Assembly: GCA_029881495.1 (NCBI GenBank)
Contig: JAOUMJ010000020.1
Span: forward strand, 22,230-54,229
DNA from: Nitrospinota bacterium
GTDB taxonomy: Bacteria; Nitrospinota_A; UBA7883; JACRGQ01
Direction of reading: 5' to 3'
DNA: 32,000 bases
Both the position numbers and the translations under genes were made by a program. Positions 24,326-32,000 of the stretch are shown here, piece by piece. How positions within the stretch are numbered: position 1 is the stretch's first letter; each line of letters opens with the position of its first letter. The notes beneath the pieces are model-generated. The model was given only the letters and a program-made list of their open reading frames with translations, ran no database searches and was not told the origin of the DNA.

Positions 24326-25150
24326 TTACAAAATTGACGCCAGGTCCCTCTTTAGCGATTTGGCGAATTTCCCTTCGCCGAGCTCTTTTCCTTCAAACTC
24401 GGCGCAGTAGCGCACCAGCGACAGGGAGTTCGTGAAAAAGATTTCATCGGCATCGAGAATATCAGATTTTCGAAACGCCCCTTCGCTTACTTCGATCTGC
24501 ATCCGCCGGGCGAGGTCGATAATCTTTTCTCTCGTTATTCCTGGGAGTATTCCGCATTCAAGCGACGGTGTGCAGAGGGTTTTCCCTTTCGCGAAAAAGA
24601 TGTTGGAGAATACCCCTTCGGCGAGCTCATCTCTTGTGTTCACGAAGAGTAGTTCATCCATCCCTTGCTCCTTGCCTTTCATCCAGGCGTGGACATTTGA
24701 AAACCTCGATGTTGTTTTGTGTTTCACCGCCGGGTCGTCGGCGTTTGACGGCCAGGGGGCGAATTTTGCTTTCAGCGGGTCTGCGGGGGTTTCACTCTCG
24801 GAGCCGATTATTGCGAAAGTGCAATCCAGGGGGATATCGCCGAAGCTCCCCTTTTCGGATGTTCCGCGTGAAAGCGTTATCCGAAGAAATCCGTTTTTGA
24901 TGCCGTTGCTTTCGATAAGCGTATCGATATGTTTTATCATCCTGTTCTTGCCGGGATATCCTATGCGGGCGAAGTGGGCGGAGTTCTCCATCCTTTTCAG
25001 ATGTTCGGATATCCATACCGGCATGTAGTTTTTCACCTTCACGGTTTCGAAAAGGCCGTCCCCGAGCGAAAAGCTTCTGTCTTTGACGTTCACCGAATGA
25101 TCGTCCACCAGTCTCAGTTCGCCGTTTACTATCGAGTAGGTTCCAGACAT
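24326..25150 (-). CDS. pabC: aminodeoxychorismate lyase / class IV aminotransferase
   Basis: Fold-type IV PLP enzyme pattern ('RSFSLGDGLFETVKV', 'LRITLSRG', 'HKTTSR', 'GILPGITR'). It sits immediately after pabB and overlaps it by 22 nt. The pabC assignment rests on that context. Confidence 0.72.
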   Translation of the reverse strand: MSGTYSIVNGELRLVDDHSVNVKDRSFSLGDGLFETVKVKNYMPVWISEHLKRMENSAHFARIGYPGKNRMIKHIDTLIESNGIKNGFLRITLSRGTSEKGSFGDIPLDCTFAIIGSESETPADPLKAKFAPWPSNADDPAVKHKTTSRFSNVHAWMKGKEQGMDELLFVNTRDELAEGVFSNIFFAKGKTLCTPSLECGILPGITREKIIDLARRMQIEVSEGAFRKSDILDADEIFFTNSLSLVRYCAEFEGKELGEGKFAKSLKRDLASIL

Positions 25151-26541
25151 TTTTGCGTGTCGCCTTTCTTTTGAAGTTCAAGGAGCACCTTCGCCTTGTA
25201 TCCTGTTTCGGCGAATTCCTGTTCAGGGTCGGAATAGGCTGTGATTCCTCCGCCTGTTCTGTATTCGGCCTTGCCGTTGGCGATGGTCAGAGTGCGTATA
25301 AGTATCGACGCGGTAATGTTTCCATTGATACCGCAGCAGGTCAAGGCTCCGCAGTAGAAACCTCGCGGGGTAGTTTCGAGTTCCTGAATGATCTCCATCG
25401 ATTTTATTTTTGGCGCGCCGGTTACGGAGCCTCCGGGGAAGAGCGCTCTGATGATCCGGGGGAAAGATATCTCATTTTTCAATTCCCCTTCCACGGTTGA
25501 TACAAGGTGGTGAACTGTCGGAAGCGATTCGCAGTTGAAAAGGGAGGAGACCTTTACCGATCCGGGGGAGCAGATCCTTGAAAGGTCGTTTCGCATAAGG
25601 TCGACTATCATCACGTTCTCCGCCTTGTCCTTTTCGGAGAGCTTTAGAATATTTTTATTTTGCGCGTCGATGTCTGGATCTTCGGACCGGGGAGATGTCC
25701 CCTTTATCGGTTTTGTCGTGATGTGATTTCCTTCCGTCCTGAAAAAAAGTTCTGGGGACATTGAAATGAAGTGGAAATCGCCTCCATTTATATACGCGCC
25801 GAAAGATGACGGGTTTATAATTGCCAGATCCCTGAAAAGGGAAAGCGGGGAGCCTTCAAACAAGGCTGTGAGCCTGCGGGAGAGGTTTACCTGGTATGCG
25901 TCCCCCTCGGCTATTCTACTTTGTATATCTTTTATCTTGCGGATGTAGTCTGCCTTGCTTTCATCGCATTCAAACGGGGAGATGAAATACTGTTGCTCCT
26001 GTTCGGCGGAGTTGTTGTCTTTTGAAACCGGATATTCACCGGTGAACGAGACGTCGTGCGCCTTTGATAAAAGGGAATCAAAAATGCGGACGGTGGCGTA
26101 CATTCCGCACCAGAGCGGAGCTTCGCCTGCTCTGTTTTTTCGCGCGGGGAGCTTTTCGAAACGGCGATTTAGCTCGTACGGCAGAAGGAAGACAAGGCCG
26201 CCGTCGAAGCAGGGGATGGATGATTCCTCTTTCGGCAGATGCCGGTGCAGGATATCGATGACTTCTTCCGGCGATGTTCTGAAAGTAAAGGTCTCGCCGC
26301 CATATTTCAGGAGCGTTTCCCCTTTCTCTGCCGATATGGTGAAGAGAGGTTTTACCGCCGCGATGGAGAATCTCCCGTTTCCGGAAACGGAATCGCCGCC
26401 AAGGAGCAGGATATCCCCTTCGGCTCCGGTCTCAATAGAGTTGAAGTACTCCATTGGGTCGTTGTAGGGGACTTCGGTCACGATCCGTCTCCCTAAAAGC
26501 GGGAAAATATCCGCGACCTTTTTTTCGAAAGCGTCAGTCAT
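25129..26541 (-). CDS. pabB: aminodeoxychorismate synthase component I (chorismate-binding enzyme)
   Basis: Chorismate-binding domain blocks 'GDAYQVNLSRR', 'SPELFF', 'KPIKGTSPR', 'AENVMIVDLMRND', 'FPGGSVTGAPKIKSMEIIQELETTPRGFYCGAL' and 'TGGGITAYSDPEQEFAET'. Coupling to a class IV lyase favours PabB over TrpE. Confidence 0.85.
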   Translation of the reverse strand: MTDAFEKKVADIFPLLGRRIVTEVPYNDPMEYFNSIETGAEGDILLLGGDSVSGNGRFSIAAVKPLFTISAEKGETLLKYGGETFTFRTSPEEVIDILHRHLPKEESSIPCFDGGLVFLLPYELNRRFEKLPARKNRAGEAPLWCGMYATVRIFDSLLSKAHDVSFTGEYPVSKDNNSAEQEQQYFISPFECDESKADYIRKIKDIQSRIAEGDAYQVNLSRRLTALFEGSPLSLFRDLAIINPSSFGAYINGGDFHFISMSPELFFRTEGNHITTKPIKGTSPRSEDPDIDAQNKNILKLSEKDKAENVMIVDLMRNDLSRICSPGSVKVSSLFNCESLPTVHHLVSTVEGELKNEISFPRIIRALFPGGSVTGAPKIKSMEIIQELETTPRGFYCGALTCCGINGNITASILIRTLTIANGKAEYRTGGGITAYSDPEQEFAETGYKAKVLLELQKKGDTQKCLEPTR

Positions 26542-26616
26542 TAGAAATATTTGCCCTTTCCTATCAGTGGCTGTGATATTAACATAACGGGTAATAGATT
26601 ATGTAATGGAGATGAT

Positions 26617-27129
26617 ATGGGGAAAATCGCCTGGGGTATAACCGGCGCGGGGCATATGCTGAGGGAGAGCGCCGACGTTATCGGTAGAGCAGGAGAGGCC
26701 GATGTATTCGTCTCTCCGGCAGGGATAGAGGTAGTTTCCATCTACAAGGTGCCGCTCCCCTCAAAGCCGCTTTCCGACAGGTCGGCATCCACCGTAGCAG
26801 TGAAAGGTTTCTTCACAGGGAAATACGATCTGCTGGTAATTTCGCCTGCTACGTCCAATTCGGTCGCCAAGTTTGTCTGCGGGATATCCGATTCTCTTAT
26901 CACGAACCTCTTCGCGCAGGCCGGGAAGGCGAGAGTACCGATAGTAGTGTTCCCCACCGATCTGGAAGAGGTCGTTGAATCGACCGGCGCGACGAAGCCG
27001 GTCAAGGTATTTCCGCGTCCGGTGGATCTTGAGAACACGGCGAGATTGAAAAGTTTTCCCGGCGTTACCGTAGTAGAGAATATAGCGGAGCTGGAAGGGG
27101 CGATAAAACGGGCAAGGGGGCTGACATAG
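26617..27129 (+). CDS. flavoprotein of the HFCD / archaeoflavoprotein (AfpA)-like family
   Basis: 'MGKIAWGITGAGHMLRES...', 'LVISPATSNSVAKFVCGISDSLITNLFAQAGKARVPIVVFPTD' match the FMN-binding flavoprotein (CoaC/Dfp/AfpA) fold pattern. ATG at 26617 with GGAG 6 nt upstream is preferred over the longer ORF-track start at 26551. Confidence 0.6.
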   Translation: MGKIAWGITGAGHMLRESADVIGRAGEADVFVSPAGIEVVSIYKVPLPSKPLSDRSASTVAVKGFFTGKYDLLVISPATSNSVAKFVCGISDSLITNLFAQAGKARVPIVVFPTDLEEVVESTGATKPVKVFPRPVDLENTARLKSFPGVTVVENIAELEGAIKRARGLT

Positions 27130-27140
27130 TAATCTCCCTG

Positions 27141-28289
27141 ATGGATTACCGTCATAAACTCCTGGCGGATACGCTGGCAGGGCTTGAGAAGAGCGGTGTT
27201 CCTCTCGTCGCGGTTGATGGTAGCGGGTTCAAGGCGGCAGGATTTGCCGACGACCCCGCGATCTATTATTTTGTTCCGAAAATTGCCCGCCTTTTTGGAG
27301 TTTCAATAGAAGCCGGCATCGACACGTTTTTTATCGGGATACTCTCCATCTCTCTTTTTGTAGCGGTTGTGTCTGCCGTCAAGTTGTGTAAAACGAAGCA
27401 GGGGAGGGTATGGGCTGTTTTGAATCTCTTGCTGACAGGATTCATCTCATTCAGGGTCGGCGATCTTTACAGCATCGCCCCGGCGGTTGTTATGTTCACG
27501 GTGCTTCCGTTCCTCCTCCTGTATGGAAAGGGGGAGGCGAAAAGGGATTTTATCCTTCTCGCGATAGCCGGTCTTGCATGCGGTCTTGCCAACGAAACAA
27601 GGGCGCACGCCGGGAGCGGAGCGCTCATCTTTCTGGTGTTTTACCTTTTCTTTTCCAGGGGAGTTTCCCGCAGTGGCGCAGCTCTTAATACAGCCATTCT
27701 TCTGGTCTCGTTTGTTATTCCATCTCTATTCTTTGGTCATCTTGCGGGGGAGAGGGACAGGTATCTTCTGGAAAACCGCCCCGGATACACAAGCGAGGAG
27801 ACCGGGAACACGATATGGCATTCGGTTTATATAGGCCTTGGCTATCTGAAAAATCCTTTTGTCGCGGAGTACAGGGACGACGTTGGATTCAGCAGGGCGA
27901 ACGAGATAAAGCCTGGGGTTGCCCCTTTTACGTCCGGATATGAAAAGATACTGAAAGGAGAGGTAATAAGGATTTTGTCTGAACACCCCTATTTCGCTTT
28001 TCAGAATATTTCGGCGAAGGGCGGCGTGTTGCTGATGTTCTTTCTTCTATTCGCGAATGTCGGGATAGCCGCCGCGTGGTTTTACGGAGCGAGGGGGGAT
28101 GCGGCACTCCCTTTGGCGGCAGCGATAGTTTTCTCGGCGCTTCCCGGCATATTGGTAGTTCCGTACCATGAATATCTCCTCGGCTTTTTCGCCTTTTCGG
28201 CGCTCTTTAATCTTCTGCATGCCGACAACGCGCTATCAAAAGGGGGAGTTGCGGATATGCTGAAGTTTGTTGGAAGGTATAAAAGCTGA
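27141..28289 (+). CDS. polytopic integral membrane protein of unknown function
   Basis: 382 aa. A roughly 55-aa soluble N-terminus is followed by at least 8 hydrophobic helices, with one large loop (aa ~205-290). It starts 11 nt after the flavoprotein stop, so the two are probably co-transcribed. I recognise no family motif. Confidence 0.6.
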   Translation: MDYRHKLLADTLAGLEKSGVPLVAVDGSGFKAAGFADDPAIYYFVPKIARLFGVSIEAGIDTFFIGILSISLFVAVVSAVKLCKTKQGRVWAVLNLLLTGFISFRVGDLYSIAPAVVMFTVLPFLLLYGKGEAKRDFILLAIAGLACGLANETRAHAGSGALIFLVFYLFFSRGVSRSGAALNTAILLVSFVIPSLFFGHLAGERDRYLLENRPGYTSEETGNTIWHSVYIGLGYLKNPFVAEYRDDVGFSRANEIKPGVAPFTSGYEKILKGEVIRILSEHPYFAFQNISAKGGVLLMFFLLFANVGIAAAWFYGARGDAALPLAAAIVFSALPGILVVPYHEYLLGFFAFSALFNLLHADNALSKGGVADMLKFVGRYKS

Positions 28290-28313
28290 TATGCGGTTTG
28301 TTAAGCCGCCTGG

Positions 28314-28352
28314 TATATAAAAAGCCGGGGGAGAAAGAGTTCCCGCCCCGGC
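28314..28352 (-). terminator. rho-independent terminator of dnaK
   Basis: The minus strand reads GCCGGGGCGGGAACTCTTTCTCCCCCGGC followed by TTTTTATAT. The outer stem is 7 bp of G/C (28324-28330 pairing with 28346-28352) with additional inner pairs. It starts 14 nt after the dnaK stop. Confidence 0.65.
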
Positions 28353-28365
28353 ATAGACTGTTCGA

Positions 28366-30270
28366 TTATTTCTTTTCGGCGTCTTCGAATTCGGCGTCGA
28401 CGACGTTATCCTTGTTGCCTCCAGCGGCTCCGCCAGAAGCGGAGTCCCCATCGGTTGGCGCTCCCGCGGCGGCGGTCTTGTAGATCTCTTCCGCCATCTT
28501 GTGCGCCTTCTCCTTGAGGCTCTCCATTACCGATTTCATCTTCTCGATGTCGTCCGACTCCATCGCGGATTTCAGTTCGGCAATGCCGTCCTCCACCGGC
28601 TTCTTAACCGCATCCGGCAGTTTGTCGCCGTTTTCCTTGAGGGTCTTTTCGGTCTGGAAAATTAGCGAATCGGCCGTGTTGCGCACGTCGACCTTTTCCC
28701 GTTTTTTCTTGTCCTCCTCCGCGTGGGATTCGGCGTCCTTAACCATCTGGCTCACTTCGTCATCGGAAAGGCCGGTGCTCGATGTGATGGTGATCTTCTG
28801 CTCCTTGCCTGTACCCTTATCCTTGGCGGAGACATGGGCTATTCCGTTAGCGTCGATATCGAAAGTCACTTCGATCTGCGGAATTCCGCGAGGCGCCGCC
28901 GGTATCCCTTCCAGGTGGAACCTTCCAAGCGTCCTGTTATCGGAGGCCATTTCGCGTTCACCCTGGAGAACATGTATCTCCACAGATGTCTGGCTGTCTG
29001 CCGCGGTTGAAAATACCTCGCTTTTCCTGGTCGGGATAGTCGAGTTTCTCTCTATCAGTTTCGTCATGACGCCGCCGAGGGTTTCGATGCCGAGCGATAG
29101 CGGGGTAACGTCCAAAAGAAGGATGTCCTTCACGTCTCCCGCGAGTACGCCCGCCTGAACAGCCGCGCCGAGGGCAACGACTTCATCCGGGTTCACACCT
29201 TTGTGTGGCTCCTTGCCGAAGTATTCCTTCACGAGGTTGGAGATTTTCGGAACTCTTGTGGAACCACCCACAAGAACGGCTTCCTTGATGTCGCTGGGTG
29301 AAAGGGATGCGTCAGCCAGGGCCTTTTTGAGCGGCCCGAGTGTTCTGGTTATCAGGCTGTCTACCATCCTCTCGAACTGCGCCCTTGAAAGTTTCATGTT
29401 CATATGCTTCGGGCCCGACTGGTCAGCAGTGATAAAAGGGAGATTGATGTCGGTTTCGGTCACGGTGGAGAGTTCCATCTTCGCCTTTTCAGCCGCCTCG
29501 CGCAGTCTCTGCAGGGCCATGGCATCCTTGGAGAGGTCGATACCCTGGTCCTTTTTAAACTCCGCTATCAGCCAGTCGATGATCTTCTGATCCAGGTTGT
29601 CACCCCCCAGGTGGGTGTCGCCATTGGTCGATTTAACCTCGACGACGTTATCTCCTACCTCAAGGACGGAGATATCGAACGTACCACCGCCGAAGTCGTA
29701 TACGGCGATCATTTCATCAGATTTTTTATCAAGGCCGTAGGCGAGCGCCGCGGCTGTCGGTTCGTTGATTATTCTTTTTACTTCGAGACCAGCTATCTTT
29801 CCCGCGTCTTTGGTCGCCTGTCTCTGCGCGTCGTTGAAGTAGGCCGGCACGGTGATAACCGCTTCGGTTACTTTTTCGCCGAGGTACGCTTCCGCCGACT
29901 GTTTCAGCTTGCGAAGGATCATTGCCGATATCTCCTCCGGCGTATGTTCCTTCTTGCCGACTTTTATGACAACCCCAGTTCCGCCCGAAGCTTCCTTCAC
30001 TTCATAAGGAACCATTTTCGCCTCTTCGGTTACTTCGCTGTAATGGCGACCCATAAACCTTTTTATCGAATAAATGGTGTTATGCGGATTCGTAACCGCC
30101 TGGCGTTTGGCCACCTGCCCGACGAGTGTTTCTCCATCTTTTGTAAAGGCCACAACTGATGGAGTAGTCCTGGAACCCTCCTCGTTCACTATGACCCTTG
30201 GCTCTCCACCTTCCATAACGGCTACGACGGAGTTGGTCGTACCGAGGTCGATTCCTACAATTTTACCCAT
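28366..30270 (-). CDS. dnaK: molecular chaperone DnaK (Hsp70)
   Basis: 634 aa. Signatures 'GIDLGTTNS', 'DFGGGTFD', '[11 protein letters not shown]' and the C-terminal '[12 protein letters not shown]'. Strong RBS GGAGGA upstream. Confidence 0.98.
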   Translation of the reverse strand: MGKIVGIDLGTTNSVVAVMEGGEPRVIVNEEGSRTTPSVVAFTKDGETLVGQVAKRQAVTNPHNTIYSIKRFMGRHYSEVTEEAKMVPYEVKEASGGTGVVIKVGKKEHTPEEISAMILRKLKQSAEAYLGEKVTEAVITVPAYFNDAQRQATKDAGKIAGLEVKRIINEPTAAALAYGLDKKSDEMIAVYDFGGGTFDISVLEVGDNVVEVKSTNGDTHLGGDNLDQKIIDWLIAEFKKDQGIDLSKDAMALQRLREAAEKAKMELSTVTETDINLPFITADQSGPKHMNMKLSRAQFERMVDSLITRTLGPLKKALADASLSPSDIKEAVLVGGSTRVPKISNLVKEYFGKEPHKGVNPDEVVALGAAVQAGVLAGDVKDILLLDVTPLSLGIETLGGVMTKLIERNSTIPTRKSEVFSTAADSQTSVEIHVLQGEREMASDNRTLGRFHLEGIPAAPRGIPQIEVTFDIDANGIAHVSAKDKGTGKEQKITITSSTGLSDDEVSQMVKDAESHAEEDKKKREKVDVRNTADSLIFQTEKTLKENGDKLPDAVKKPVEDGIAELKSAMESDDIEKMKSVMESLKEKAHKMAEEIYKTAAAGAPTDGDSASGGAAGGNKDNVVDAEFEDAEKK

Positions 30271-30311
30271 ATTTCCTCCAAATTTCGGTTTGTTTGCTAT
30301 TTTCTTGTAGT

Positions 30312-30340
30312 TGAATAAGACCTTATAACGGCCTAGTCAA
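30312..30340 (-). promoter_or_regulatory. putative dnaK promoter (CTTGACT-N17-TATTCA)
   Basis: On the minus strand, TTGACT (30335-30340) is separated by 17 nt from TATTCA (30312-30317), about 40 nt upstream of the dnaK ATG. The CTTGA prefix is also compatible with a sigma32-type -35, but no CCCCAT -10 is present. Confidence 0.3.
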
Positions 30341-30419
30341 GCTGTGGCCTGATTTTTATGGAATTTCAGGGGAAAGAGGGGATTATTTTCGAAGATCCGA
30401 GGTTCGTTGCCTGATTTGT

Positions 30420-30845
30420 TCAGCGTTTGCCGGTACTGCCGAAACCGTTTTCGGCGCGGACGGTATCGGAGAGCTCCATAGCCTCCACTATCCGCCAATT
30501 TTGGGCCTGCAGAGGGACTATCTGCGCGATCTTGTCCCCCCTCCCTATGGTGTAGTCGCTATCGTTGTCGTTCCTCATGAGGATCATCACTTCGCCTCGG
30601 TACCCTGCGTCAATTACCCCCGCGGAGGTGTATAGCCGTGCGGACGCGAGCGAGGACCTGTCTTTTACTATTCCCCCCCACCCATCGGGGAACTCAAGCG
30701 CGATGCCGGTCTTTATCTTCACCTGTCCCTTTGCCGGGATGACGGTCTCTTCAAGCGCGAAGAGGTCGCACGCCAGGTCGCCCGGGTGCGCCGAATTCGG
30801 GAGTTTCGCTTTAGGGTCGAGTTTCTTGGCTTTAAGTACAAACAT
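30420..30845 (-). CDS. dut: dUTP diphosphatase
   Basis: 141 aa. dUTPase motifs 'AGVIDAGYRGEV', 'GDKIAQIV' and the C-terminal 'RAENGFGSTGKR'. Confidence 0.95.
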   Translation of the reverse strand: MFVLKAKKLDPKAKLPNSAHPGDLACDLFALEETVIPAKGQVKIKTGIALEFPDGWGGIVKDRSSLASARLYTSAGVIDAGYRGEVMILMRNDNDSDYTIGRGDKIAQIVPLQAQNWRIVEAMELSDTVRAENGFGSTGKR

Positions 30846-31403
30846 CCCGTCATTCTATCCGCTTTATAAATTGGCAACAAGGAAACAGATTAGATGAATG
30901 AATGTGTCATCGCTGACTGGTGATGTTTTTATGCAAGTTTGTGTAAAAACTCTTCAAGTTAAAAATGAGGATAGCGGAAAAGATGCCCCTGCCAATAAAG
31001 TAGAAGTGTGATTACAGCAATTAAAATTACAGGCAAATATCGATCGACAACCATTGGTCGATAGCATAAAAAAATAAACGTGTAATTTATGGTTCCTGAG
31101 ACTTATAGACAGACGAAAATATCAGACTTGAATCGTCATAGTTATTTTGTAAATTCACTCCCTTTTAGAAATTATTTTAAAAAATACGCAATATTATAAC
31201 GTTACATTTGATGGCAATTATAAACATTGTACAGTTTCAAGAGGTTGGCTATTTAATCATGTCCTTTTCGTGACAGATTGGCAGGTAAAATTATATTTAT
31301 TATTTCGTTGACACTGGGGAAAGGCTAAAAAAGGTGGAAAATTTAGCAAGTTCTTATTGTATTCTTATAGCATTAAATTCAAATTAATATAGGGAGATTG
31401 TTT

Positions 31404-32000
31404 ATGGCAGGAATTCGTTACATTGTCTTTCTGGTATTGCTTTTGTTTTTTCCTTTTAAACATGCTGAAGCCGGCAATCATTTTTTAGGGATTGCAGGCC
31501 TCGCCGGAAAGACAGATGGAGTGCCTATGATTATTGGCCCAAAGATATTTTATTATACCAATGCGATTCCATTTGGTTTTTATGCTGGTAAACAATATAC
31601 CGTCGATAATGATATGGGATTTCCCAAGACTGAAAGCGAGCTGTTAAGCACGGATAAATTTGAAAGCCGATGGAATAGTGAAGTTATCACTGTAGGGGTT
31701 ACCAAAACTCTAGGCATTGGAGAGGCAGGTGGAGTGGGAGCTTTTGCGGGGATCGGGTATGGCAATGCGACAGGTTATGATGTTTTTGAAAGGCAGAAGG
31801 AATTCCCTGGAATGCCGGCAGGTTATCCTGCTCAAACAGAAATTTATAATATCGAACGACCATCAAGAACGAAGAGCGGGATAAACCTGAATGCTGGGTT
31901 GCAGTTTTGGATTGAATTGGGAACCCTTTCGGTTGAAGTAAACACATTTACAAAATCCGTGGCGTTTGGAATAGGTATTGGGGCTCCCTGGTCTGATTGA
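31404..32000 (+). CDS. secreted Gly-rich beta-strand protein (possible small outer-membrane protein), hypothetical
   Basis: ATG at 31404 with AGGGAG 7 nt upstream. Signal peptide 'IVFLVLLLFFPFKHAEA|GN'. The mature part is rich in G/A/I/T alternations ('GVTKTLGIGEAGGVGAFAGIGYGNATGY', 'SVAFGIGIGAPWSD'). The stop TGA is at 31998-32000. GC content is lower than in the core genes. Confidence 0.5.
   Translation: MAGIRYIVFLVLLLFFPFKHAEAGNHFLGIAGLAGKTDGVPMIIGPKIFYYTNAIPFGFYAGKQYTVDNDMGFPKTESELLSTDKFESRWNSEVITVGVTKTLGIGEAGGVGAFAGIGYGNATGYDVFERQKEFPGMPAGYPAQTEIYNIERPSRTKSGINLNAGLQFWIELGTLSVEVNTFTKSVAFGIGIGAPWSD

Noticed and set aside
26551-26616. Longer flavoprotein start at 26551.
   Set aside because: It would leave only 9 nt to the divergent pabB start. 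The extra 22 aa are not family-like. The ATG at 26617 has a GGAG RBS and begins with the family-typical 'KIAWGITGAGH'.
28499-30159. Long plus-strand ORFs (219 aa and 251 aa) antisense to dnaK.
   Set aside because: They lie entirely inside the unambiguous dnaK CDS on the opposite strand, and their sequences are low-complexity Ser/Leu/Arg-rich. This is the typical shadow-ORF artefact. The same reasoning applies to 1316-1907 (antisense to dnaJ), 8475-9017 and 10486-11031 (addA), 11888-13569 (dxs), 13585-14205 (ispA), 15602-16778 (FliG-like gene), 17080-17595 (motB), 18527-19060 (TPR gene), 19466-20060 (OM gene), 24432-25028 (pabC), 25955-26467 (pabB) and 26742-27155 (flavoprotein).
30271-30419. 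Search for a CIRCE (HrcA) operator or a full sigma32 promoter upstream of dnaK.
   Set aside because: No TTAGCACTC-N9-GAGTGCTAA-like inverted repeat is present, and there is no CCCCATnT -10. Only a sigma70-like TTGACT-N17-TATTCA is present, and I report that at low confidence.
1-32000. Scan for CRISPR arrays, tRNA/rRNA genes, IS elements or transposases, integrases, toxin-antitoxin pairs and long direct or inverted repeats.
   Set aside because: I could not recognise any by eye. No spaced repeat arrays, no cloverleaf-like GC-rich ~75-nt islands in the intergenic regions, and no DDE or tyrosine-recombinase-like ORFs. A computational scan (tRNAscan-SE, Infernal/Rfam, ISEScan, repeat finder) is needed for certainty.

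Overview
This 32 kb window looks like chromosomal DNA from a diderm (Gram-negative-type) bacterium, roughly 50% GC by eye. Coding density is high and there are about 25 genes.

Recognisable housekeeping content:
- grpE-dnaJ, fused behind a 5'-truncated DUF4340-like gene.
- A batA/batB-like vWA pair.
- An AddB/AddA-type helicase-nuclease pair, preceded by a small disordered protein with an RHH-like C-terminus.
- The classic xseB-ispA-dxs operon.
- An aldo/keto-reductase-like gene, a di-haem cytochrome c peroxidase and a Zn-alcohol dehydrogenase.
- pabB-pabC, divergent from an AfpA/HFCD-like flavoprotein plus a polytopic membrane protein.
- dnaK with its own promoter and terminator, and dut.
- A secreted Gly-rich protein sitting behind a very AT-rich 550-bp spacer at the right edge.

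The stand-out feature is a five-gene, translationally coupled minus-strand operon (20470 to 14852). It encodes an outer-membrane-type protein, a TPR lipoprotein, MotA, MotB and a 711-aa membrane protein. In that last protein a minimal FliF/EscJ-like periplasmic module is fused through one TM helix to a full FliG-like (N/M/C) cytoplasmic domain. No other flagellar gene lies in the window. I interpret this as a candidate non-flagellar, envelope-spanning stator-rotor machine. A 582-bp upstream region carries a sigma54-type -24/-12 element and palindromes.

I could not recognise any rRNA, tRNA, CRISPR array, IS element or integrase. All homology statements are by-eye motif recognition, not database searches.
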